In this document: positions 53,461 to 64,000 of the stretch, piece by piece | How the letters are laid out: each line of letters begins with the position of its first letter | Numbering within the stretch: position 1 is the first letter of the stretch | Assembly (NCBI GenBank): GCA_025786725.1 | Contig: JAHLTZ010000005.1 | Span: 372,001-436,000 of the forward strand | Reading direction: 5' to 3' | Source: Syncephalis fuscata S228 | Taxonomy: Eukaryota > Fungi > Zoopagomycota | DNA length: 64,000 nucleotides | Program-made: the position numbers and the translations under genes | The notes under the pieces: model-generated | Told to the model about the DNA's origin: nothing | The model's database searches: none | What the model saw: the letters and a program-made list of their open reading frames with translations, nothing else

Positions 53461-54655
53461 TTATTGGAAGAGTCTGCCAAATGCCATCATCTTATCTTTT
53501 ACGGGCGTATTGGACGTCGCCAAATCGCACATGCTTGTAGCAAGAATCAACCCGCCAAATCGATTATGGTTGTAGAAGCTGCGAGCTGTACACTTATACT
53601 GGCGCCGCACTTTTCATCGCCATCATACTCACACACATTATATATCGGCTTATCAGGATCTGGAAAGTGCATAACACGTGCCTTACGAGCATGAGCAAAG
53701 TTAGGATCAGTACCGCGTAAGTGAGGTACAACGTCGTCGGAAGAGATGATACGAAGGTAATTGTTGCGATCCAACATGTCTAGAACCCAGCTCGAGAATG
53801 CAAGTGTCGTGGTAATCGGCTCGGCAAAAGTATAGGTCATACTTGGCTTAAGGCTTGGCTCCTTTAATGCCAAATGGAGCGAAAACAAACGTGCTACGGC
53901 TGCTCCTAACGAGTGGCCCACTGAAATAATAGAGTAGTCTTTATATCCAAGTCGAAGTCGCTTTAATGCCTCAACCGCCTTTGGAATGTGCTTCAAAGCA
54001 GTTGCTTGAACACCAGCATAAATTCTAGCATCACTTTGAGCATTTGGAAAAAGATTTTGATCAAGTGGAACAGCTCGGCTATCTGCATTATAGAATACCG
54101 AATCATAGACGCCAAATGTACCTCGAAACGCTACGGTAATCGTTTTATGTACTTTAGACAACGTAATAAGCCAGTGCTGACCAACTTCTGAAGTCCAGTG
54201 CATAATATGATGATTTTTGACCAATAGACTCTTTTTTCTATTATTTGCATCGACCAGCTCGGTCGACTCCATGGCTATGGCCGTCTTTTTACTACAATAC
54301 GGCAGGCTGGTAAGAATAGCATGGCGGAAAATAACGTCCAGTTTAAACTTGTCTTTCGACTTGAACACGCCATGTTCTTTTTTAATGCTGTTCGTGGCAG
54401 CTAAATATCTTTCACGAATAATCTTAGCCGATGGTGCCGACAATGGTGTATGGGTTATAATGTATTTTAGAGTATTGGCAACAAGTTGTGGATAGCAAAC
54501 ATTGTTGTCATAGAAACATCGACCAATGTACTGGATCCGGTTGAAGAACGTGTAAGTGATGGTTGTTGATTTGATTGTCTATTACTGAAAAAATTTATGG
54601 ACTGGACAGCCAGTGCATTAATAAGACATAACGACAACCTGGGTATTAGACGCAT
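53461..54655 (-). CDS. Secreted class 3 lipase
   Basis: Signal peptide, ITVAFRGT, SVGHSLGAAVA, DDVVPHL, and His in YNHNRF after a frameshift near 53590. 3' end approximate. Confidence 0.85.
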
Positions 54656-55289
54656 ATTCGTTAATAAAGAAAAAGAAAAATCGTAACTTGAAAACAGTAA
54701 GAAAAGTGTAGAATCGTAAAATCTAGAAAAGCACAGATAAAAACCTTTAATGGATCTCGAATATACATATTTAAATACCACGCGGAACAAACACTAGCTA
54801 TATCCAAAATGGGAAATACCGCCGAAGTTACATCTACACATGGTCAAACCAAATTGGAAAGTCGGAGTTAACAAATGTATAACAAGGGCTCTTTTAACAC
54901 TGACGAGTCTTTAGAAATATAATAATAACTATTATAGTTGTACCAAAGACAAGTAATATAAGCAATAGAGTAATCAATGATTAATATTTTAATATTAATT
55001 AACATAATAATATTTTAATTATACAAAACTTGATAAATAATATGTGAAATCTACTACATTTTAACCTATCTGTATCTATATAGTAGTCATTATTGAAAAG
55101 TAAAAATAAACTTTTTATTTTATTAATACTATTGCAAAATAAAACACTGATATTAAAAGCTTTTATTCTTAACAGCAGAATAAAAAACATCGTACGAAGA
55201 CAGCAAATAAAATAATCATCGTAATAAATACAGTTGCATATGCAGAAATAGAATGTAAATGGCGAGAAATAGTAAAATACACTAATAAT

Positions 55290-58200
55290 TTAAAGGCAAA
55301 CATTTTGACAACTTTCACGCGCTGAATCATTAAAGACTACTTGCTCGTTTGTCAACGCGTCATGATCATTGTCTTCATGTCCGCCATTAATATCATCATC
55401 ATCATCATCATCGTTGTTGTTATTATTATTGTTATTGTTGTCGCGAATATCAACGTCCATGTCAAGTTCATCTTCATGATCGTCGTTATCACTCGCTATG
55501 TCTTTTAAAGATAACTGAAAACTATTATCCCAGCTATTATTCTCTCTCCATCGACGTTGTTCTTCAAATCGACGTAATCGCGCTTCTTGTCGTTCATCAC
55601 GTTGTCGTAATCGATCTAATAATCGACGTACCTCAGCTACACCACGAGCAGTGAATCAACGCGTTTTCGCTGATCCAATACTTTCTTATTAGCTTCATCA
55701 TTCAACCGAATCATACTACGTTCAAATGCGTCATCATCGCTACTGCTACTATCTTCATCGGGGGCCAGTTGTGTCATATAATGTGTACGTGTAAATGAAT
55801 ATTCACGTCGAACATGAACAGGCAACTCAATTTCACAAAATGGATCATCAGGAATTTGAGCTGTACGTGGTGCAAGTTGGTGCATTTCTTCCGACGATAC
55901 TGAATTACTTTTCTCCAATCGACATGAATTAAATAGCAAATTATCACTTTGCAGCTCATTAGAAGTTGCCGTTATTACCAGTGATGGATGCTTTTCCTTG
56001 TCATTCGAATCTAATACACAGTCAATGCTCTCAGGCGATGCGGGTGGACTTGGCTGTCCATGTTTACTACTAGTTGCAATAGATACTACAGATGTGCTAC
56101 TACGTGATGATGAAGTACGCGAACGGCCCATTAGACCAGCCCGTTTTGAATGGGCACGCCGTGCCGATGGACTACGTGGCTGCACAGGTGGTAGCATCAA
56201 CATAAGCGATTCTTTAATGGGTAAAGTGGCAATAGAATCATCGGCTACTTCAACGTGTTCATTGGCGGGTGTATGTTGTCTAGTAGCCGATGTTGTTGTT
56301 GTAAGCATAGAATCAGAATTAATTTTCATACCAACAGGAACGAGTGGCGGTGTTATTAATAAGGATCGAGTCTGCAAATCATGCAGCTGCTCTAATGATA
56401 ACAAATCCGGTTTATCACTTTCTTCGTTCTCATCGTTGGTCGTTGAATCTATTTCGGACATGGCGACTGTCTTTTGTTGTACCTCTTTCTGTTCTTCTTG
56501 TGGCCTTTCCGGTTCTTGTTCGTCTTCTTCTTCTGGTTGTTGTTCTTCAGTTACTTGCTCTTCTTCAACCATCTGTTCCTCTTCCTCTTCCTTTATTTCT
56601 TCTTCTTTTTGTTGTTGTTGGATCGTTTCTTCTTCTGTTGTCGATAGCAACAAGTGAAATGAATTTGAATCCGGTAATGACGATAATGGCGGTATCTCAA
56701 TTTGATCACCACTCTCAATTGGTTGGTCAAACTCCGCCGCCCTTGCCTCTTCTTCTGCTTCTGCTTCTGCTTGTATATGTTCGCTACACCAATCAGTGTC
56801 CATAAATGGTTCAGGTGTAACACACGTCTCTGCTCGCCATGCAGCCACATCAACACCCATAACAATACTTTGTCGTCGTAGGCCTGAATAATGCTGTTGT
56901 TGCTGTTGTTGTGTGAATGATTTTGCGAACGGACATGAGGTGATGGTGACATAATACGCGTGCGTACAGCATGCCAATCAGGTGCAGAGGCAACACTGGG
57001 TGGTCGTTGAATCAATGCTGGATCAATATGGCCATTACGTCGACCAAGTACACTGGATGAACGACGAGGCGGATACTGCTTAGGAAGACCTTCACGCGAC
57101 TCACGTACTGGCATATCTGGGTCAAGATGGACCTTTGCCCGTTGCCGCCATGCCACCGTAGTGAATTCATAGCGATGACGATCTAGCGAAGCATTAGACG
57201 AAGTACGGCGCAATTCACGCTCTGAACTCATAGAGGCGCGTGAGCTAGGCCGTGAATAAAGCGACGAAGGTGATGCGGGATACCGTCTAGTGTCATCTAG
57301 CTGGCCTATTTCCGAGCGGGCCTGCGCCCGGGCCGCCGTGGCCAATTGAAAGGTCGACACAGTACGTCGTAGGTCGGATACATGCCGCGGCGACTTGATA
57401 GGCGTGGCCGGTCGTGATGTAGTCTTTGGTGGACTAGCCTCAGGTGATCGTCCCATTGATGATACCGATAGTGTCGATGGTGTACGTCGTAATGTACCGC
57501 CAAGTCTTGATGCAGGTCGAGAAGGCGGCGATGACACAGGTGGTGGTGTATTAGCTGCTGCTGCTGCTGCTGCTGCTGCTCGTCGCTGTGCGCGTTCTGC
57601 TGTAGCTAATGATGCATTAGAAGCTGTACGCCTTACACTACGTAGTGGTGATGATGGTGATGGCTGTATGCTAGATGATGGTCTAATAGATCGAATAGGC
57701 GTCGCTGGAATACTGGGCAGTATACAAGGTGGATCAGGTGTAATACACCGTGTAGATGCTGGTGTACTAGGCCGACTACTATTGTTACTACTACGCTGTC
57801 GTATTGATTTATCACTGGCCATTGATGCCACCGCTGAATCTGATGCTTTAGACATCGATACAAACGAAAGAGCCGTGTCAAGTAATAGAATAGATGACGT
57901 GTCATCATTAGACAGCTGTACTTTGTTATTAAGATCTGTATTCAAATCAACACAGTCATCATCTATCGGATCATCATTCTCAGTTGCTTGTAATGATATG
58001 GTGGACAGGCTATCACTATCACCATTATCGCTACTACTGTCGTCAATACTAGAACCAAATAGTAGCATTTGGGCCGGAATAGGTGGTCTACGCATGGGTA
58101 CACGCCGTACTGACATACTACTCGCTAGTGGCACAACAGCTTCATCACTGTCATGCTTATTGGCACTAGAGCCATCACTGTACTCCGACTGGTGCATACT

Positions 58201-58509
58201 TGAATTGGCCGATGAAGGTAAAACACTACGCGCTGTATGGTAAGTTGAACTAGGCGATCCAGATGATAAATACGGTGTAGCTGACGTTGACCGCATCGTC
58301 ATTCGCGGTGATGTGCCATCGCTTGAATCAAAGTATTTGGTAGAATTTAACGCATCGTCATCATCGGTTATGGTAGGTGAAATCGCACAGAATGTCGCTA
58401 CAGATCCATTGATTGCAGTTGAGTAGACGCTGTTGGTACGCGACGACTTACGCCGTAACAGTTTGCGAAAAAAGCGTCTACCAGGCACTTTATCTGGTAT
58501 GAACACCAT
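55290..58509 (-). CDS. Large low-complexity Ser/Pro/Arg-rich then acidic disordered protein
   Basis: Overlapping ORFs 58509-56593 and 56977-55637 plus a terminal piece join through two apparent frameshifts. No recognised domain. Confidence 0.65.
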
Positions 58510-59559
58510 TAATAATTGTACTCAATGTTTTAACAAGTAAATAAATGGTAATAATCTCAAAAATGGTCAATAAAAATCAAGAAAGAAAGTAATATATGAA
58601 TAGTCACTTGGCACTTTTCTCTAATAAAGTAGTCGATACCAACAATTGTCTTTTTCTGTGGAATTCGATCTAATAATAAATATACGATGAAAACGTGTAT
58701 CTATATAGAGTGTGTGTGTGCTTAAAAAGTGATATATAGAGAGAGTAGATAAGTGCGTAAAGCAAAAGGTCACGAAAATTGGTCACGTTGGTATATTGAT
58801 GTGTGTGTGTAAGATAGAATACTGGAATGAAAGTGTTTATCGGAGTTGTGGAGAAGACGAAACGGAGTCACGAGATTTGTATGAATCACGCACACAAATT
58901 GCCACAAATAATAATAATAATAATGATGGATAGTTGATGTTATTGTTACTATTGCTGTAACAGTTACAGGCAAGGACGAATCGTATGGCAGTAGATGTAA
59001 CAATCGATGAACTGGTTGTGGTGGTAGTTGTAATTGTAGGTGTTGCTGTGGTCGCCGTCGTTTCACAGTCCGTTCAAGTGTAGCTGTAATATCCAATTTC
59101 ATTTGTTCTGCCCATAGACGTAATGGCAGAGAGAGAGATAGAATGAAAAGGCACACGCGTATACAAGGATACACCAATGAATAGACAAATGAATAGATAG
59201 GCAAACAGAAAGACAAATACGCGACAAGGACTGAAACGCAGGAATAAAGAAAATCAAGGTGCGTGTAGATACCTAAGAAGTGGCCGGTCGCTCGTTACAG
59301 CTTGAAAGAAAGACGAGGAGAAGAGGAAGAAGAAGCGAAGAAAGAGAAGAAAGTGCAGGAGACGTCAGCGACGGCAACAACAATAGTTGCAAAATAAAAA
59401 GTGTAGAAAAATAGTCAATGAAAAAATCAAGGCTAGAAGAAAGGGATAGACATGTTACGGCCTTTATCATATGCAAGAATGATAAAATAGTTAAGTGGAT
59501 AAAGAGGTCGGTAAGATATGAATATGGCTGTGGCTATGGCTATGGCTGTGGCAGAGTTA

Positions 59560-60174
59560 GAGAGATAGAGAGAGAAAGAGAGAGAAAGAGAGCCTATCAC
59601 TCTCTGTCTATAGCCGTTGCTACCGCCGACACTGCCACTGTTGTTACTGTGGCCATTGTAGCTGCAAGGCTTAGCAGCATGTGTAATGTGGGTGTGTGCA
59701 TGGTATAAAGGTGCGATAACCACTAGATAATGACAGATAGATAGATACACACATACACACACACACACATCCACCTACCCGCACATCTATGGTAGAATAA
59801 TAGCCTTTGTTATGGATTTTGGAACAGGACGCGTATAATCCATATACAAATGGCCGACTAGTTAATTGGTTGAACAACTATGGCGGTGAAAAGGGAATGG
59901 ATAACCAATGAATGAATATTCAACGCGCTCTCCTTTTCCGGCGTAACATTGAATAACTTGTTGGCGGTAATAAATTGACTAATTGTGTAGATATGCTAAC
60001 AACAACATCCATGAATCACACGCCACCAATGATATTTGCAGATATTATTTATGGGGGGAGGAAGGGGCAGGAGTGACTGTGACTCTCCTCAATAGTAGAT
60101 GACCATGACTATGATAATGGTAGATTACTATGGTGATGGCGTTATTCATTGCCCAAATTAAACCACATATCCAT

Positions 60175-60210
<36 letters not shown>
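59560..60210. repeat. Simple repeats (GA)n, (CA)n and (TAC)n in a long intergenic region
   Basis: Directly visible, e.g. (TAC)n at 60181-60210. Confidence 0.8.
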
Positions 60211-60625
60211 GTAGTTATTATCGTGGAACAACATGTGGTAGAAAAGGCGGGCTCATGAACACCGAGTGGTAAAAGGGAGAAATTGGACTGCATTTTCTCA
60301 ATATGGCAAATGGCCATGATGTCTCGACCGACTATGGGTCCGTAACACATGAGCAACCAATATAGATCATTGTTTCTGGGTTATTTTGGTTCTATTAGAA
60401 TAGAATGCATAGATGCAAAGTCTAAAGTGTACAATTATAATGATTGCATAAAATAAAGGGGAGGGAAGAAGAAGGATAGTGTAGATGTAGAAAAACAACG
60501 AATAAAGCAAAGGAACAAAGGAAGGATGCAAGAGCCGCATAGCATTGTCTAGATGAGTAATTAAGTAGTATTTAGGTTTTATTATATTACTATTATTAGA
60601 AACGAGTTGAGTACTAAATCAATGA

Positions 60626-62504
60626 TTAGGAAATGTATTGAATTTGGAGTCCGATAGAACGGAAAAATGCATTTGTACTTTGATTTATCAACTACTAGAC
60701 CAAAACTAAATAGAGCATTTCTATAACGGCCATCAAATAGTAAGGCTAGTCCCTATTAGTTGATAATAATAATAATAATAATATATTAGTTAATGACATA
60801 ATAATATATTTGATGTTAATTATTTACCTGACGGAATCCAAATCGACCTTTAACAACACCTTCACCACCATTTCTCCATTCAGCACCAATACATAAATCA
60901 CTTTCATAGCTGTATAGATTAAAGTCAAATCTTGTACTACACGTGAGTTGTTCATTAACTGCTGCTGTATATGCAGTGGATGTATAGCCCATAGCTGGAT
61001 TAATAATATTAGTGACCTCAAAGATAAATGGCTGGGTGGCCCGATAGCGCAATCCAGTAGATACTATCAATTATATTAAATATATTAAATAGTTATAGTT
61101 TATAAAATATGTTACTTACCACCACCACTTTTCTCTTTGGCCGAGTAATAAACTTCAGCTCCTGCTGACCATATACCATCATTACTGTTACTATTACTGT
61201 TATTACCACTTGTAGAATTGCCATTTATATGACTTGCTGTTGTTGTTGTTGTTGGTGCATTAGATATAGTTGTAGGTGTATTACGCTTTCTAGTACTGTA
61301 TGAAGCACCTTTAATTGAGGCATCTGCTTTAGTATTTTTTCTATTAGATGCACTTGCTGTACGAGTTATGACCGATGATTTAGAACGTGGCGTTTTTGTT
61401 TTTTCGTTGTCGTTGCTGTATTCATAGTTGTGCCATCCATATTAGTTGTAGTTCTAGTATCCACTTGTTGATTAGTAGATGGGTCAGTTGAAGAAGAAGA
61501 AGAGGAAGAAGAGGCGTGATCATGAGCAGAAAAATCGGCAAATGCATCGGCAAATGACTCGCCCGTAGAAAATAAATGATTGGCTTTACTAGGAAGATTA
61601 GGCCATTTAAAATTATATAATCCACGTAGACCAATCATGGAATCATCAGTAGAATAAGAGACTTCAGTACACCATGGACCACGATCATGCCACCATTGCA
61701 TAGTCAACTATTGATTAATGTTAATTAATATTGATTAATAGGGTTAATTAGTGGAATAATAGAAATCATTTAGTTTACCTGTATAGGATCACGGGGATCA
61801 GAAGAACTTAGACCAGTCAATACATATTGTGTAGATATTGTTGTACGTCGTGCCATCATTGCTTCAAGTACACCAGTTGGAAAAAACATACGTCCATATA
61901 AAAAGAAATCCGGATCACCTATACAAATAATTATATATTCCTATTAATACATCATATAGTAAATACACTACCAATATTAATATTTTACCTGACCATTGAA
62001 TTGTTTCCGCTAATGATGCTTTATCGATAGTTGGTGCAGTCATGGTTAATGACTTTCCCAATGAATTGTCTAGTGAATTGATGGTTTGAAAGCCTTCCGC
62101 TACTTCAGTTAGTCCCATAACATGTTGTGGGTCAGCTGATAGACGTTTTGACGTATACATATAGCCTATAGAGCCCGTCATACGTGGTAGTGGCTGGAAT
62201 GAATGAGCTGACTTTAACCAATCTGACGGTGCCCGTCCCGCGTGAAAGGATAGTCCATGTGGAATATTGAAGTCGAGTATAGCTATTAAGTGCGTCATTA
62301 TAAAAAGTATTTGTGTTTATTTAGTTAGTTAACTTGTAGTATATATACATATATACATATATATATACTTTACTAAACTATCTACTATAGCTATTCAAAA
62401 TACTTACCTCTGGCCGGTGCACGTAGATTCGAGTATTGGTTATGACTATTCCAGCCGGTTTCCCGAAGGTAACACCTTAAACAATAATCCATATAGTCGT
62501 GCAT
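60626..62504 (-). CDS. MDM10: Mitochondrial outer-membrane beta-barrel Mdm10 (ERMES/SAM), multi-exon
   Basis: MHDYMDYCLRCYLRETGWN..YSNL, ILDFNIPHGL, LLYGRMF, WCTEVSYSTDDSMIGLRGLYNF, WSAGAEVYYS, STGLRY, RFDFNLYSYESDL. Confidence 0.92.
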
Positions 62505-62929
62505 TGTGTATTTACTTCTATATAGACTATTCAACCATAAACAAGCAATATTAAGAGTAGGATTCAATCGTGAATAGAATAGCAAATAGTATGTATAAAG
62601 ATGATAAAGGAATCCGCACTACTAGTCGGACTTTTACTGAGGGTAAGTTATTATTAACAAATATTAATAATAACACTGGTAATTATTTGTATCTAGTTTA
62701 AAGATGTGTAAATATCAAATCAATCGGATTTTTAATTATGATGCCATTATTCATTGTATTTACATCATGCCTTTGTATGAATGTTAGCGTATTTTTATTC
62801 TTATTCTTTTAGTTCAACTTCTATTGCCAACTTGGTGGCGTACTTATTGGCACCGTTCTTTTTCTGCTCTTCCTTTTTGTTCCTTTGATCTAACGATCAT
62901 CTTTTATTAATTGGATCTACACTATTTGT

Positions 62930-64000
62930 ATGCTAGGTGGTGGGCGTTTTATTGCTACTCGTCGTTTGTCGCTCGTTCGTTATTCTACCACTGCCGCTGC
63001 CACTCCTACTACTCCTACTAGTGCTATTGCTTATCGCGCTATTTCCTTGGGACGGACAAGTAGACTTGGAACACCACTACGTTTACTGAGTTACTTTGAT
63101 TCAGTTACCACGCTAACTCGATCGTCTCGATTAGCTTTTACTACTTATTCTCATAACCGTATTATTGATACTGTTGATACTGTTACAACTATTGCTACGG
63201 CTACTACTACTACTACTACTACTACTATGGCAGCCACCACTGATAGCTCTAAAATAAAACAGCCTGATTGGCATAAGCCAATTAATGGGCTAGAAATACC
63301 TGAACTACGCTTATTAAACTCTTTGACAAAAACCAAGGTAAAATACCTATATATAACTACAAATAGACGTGATAGCTTACCTGGTTGGTATATAGACACC
63401 GCTTATCCCACGTAGTGGCAAACAGCTTACTTGGTACAACTGTGGACCCACTGTCTATGATGTATCTCATATGGGACATGCACGGTAATTGGTCATTTAT
63501 TAGAATTTACACTATATTAATATGTATATCATCAATATTAGATTATATGTAACCATTGATATCATGCGTCGTGTATTGGAAGATTATTTTAAATATGACA
63601 TTCTGTTTGTTATGAATATTACGGATATTGATGATAAGGTAATACAGCATAAATTGATACAATTAAACATTTATAATTTATTATTAGATTATCATTCGAG
63701 CACGTCAAAATTATTTATTTGAGCAAATGAAAGAACAAACCAATAGTCTTACCGACGATTTAATTACGCAAGTTGATGCGGCATTTATTGATTTTGTTAC
63801 CCAAAAGCTAGGATCTATTGATGCAAGTTTGGCGGATCCATCAACTGTATGGACAGCATGGCCAGCATTTGCTGAAAAGGCCATCAATGTTGCTAATATT
63901 CCAGGTGCGGCAGAGGATCCTAAATTTCCTATGCATTTATCGGCAGCCAAATTGGCATATAATGCTATTGTCGCGGCAAAAGCTGTTTTAAAAAGCGAAA
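62930..64000 (+). CDS. CARS: Cysteinyl-tRNA synthetase, 5' part (runs off the window), with N-terminal presequence
   Basis: [27 protein letters not shown] (HIGH-type motif), [29 protein letters not shown]. Confidence 0.95.

Noticed and set aside
58770-59877. Several ORFs in the long intergenic region
   Set aside because: Dominated by GA/CA/TAA repeats with no coding signal.

Overview
Eukaryotic, gene-dense, AT-rich fungal DNA with many short (about 50-70 nt) introns. Gene content suggests an early-diverging fungus (Zoopagomycota, Syncephalis-like; inference only). Housekeeping genes: Rad9/Crb2/53BP1-like, Rsa3-domain, DAHP synthase, MRS2, GID4/VID24, eIF4E class II, BUB2-like TBC, pICln/Lot5, MDM10 and cysteinyl-tRNA synthetase. 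Accessory material: five copies of a GPCR-like 7TM family, a decayed intron-containing Fanzor (TnpB-like) gene, a subtilisin pseudogene, two methyltransferase-fold genes lacking SAM-binding motifs, and a ~2.6 kb tandem duplication. The most striking structure is a ~3.9 kb inverted repeat (38051-41936 / 47479-51331) around a 5.5 kb three-gene spacer (F-box, BUB2-like, pICln). Each arm carries a RING E3 gene (~99% identical between arms) and an RNase T2 gene with a GPI-type tail. One RNase T2 copy has intact catalytic motifs. The other has its active-site His/Trp residues replaced, while the intron and exon tracts directly beside those codons are identical between copies. Caveat: isolated 1-nt deletions break many genes, including DAHP synthase, so many frameshifts are probably consensus errors. 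Exon coordinates were read by eye and some gene ends are approximate.
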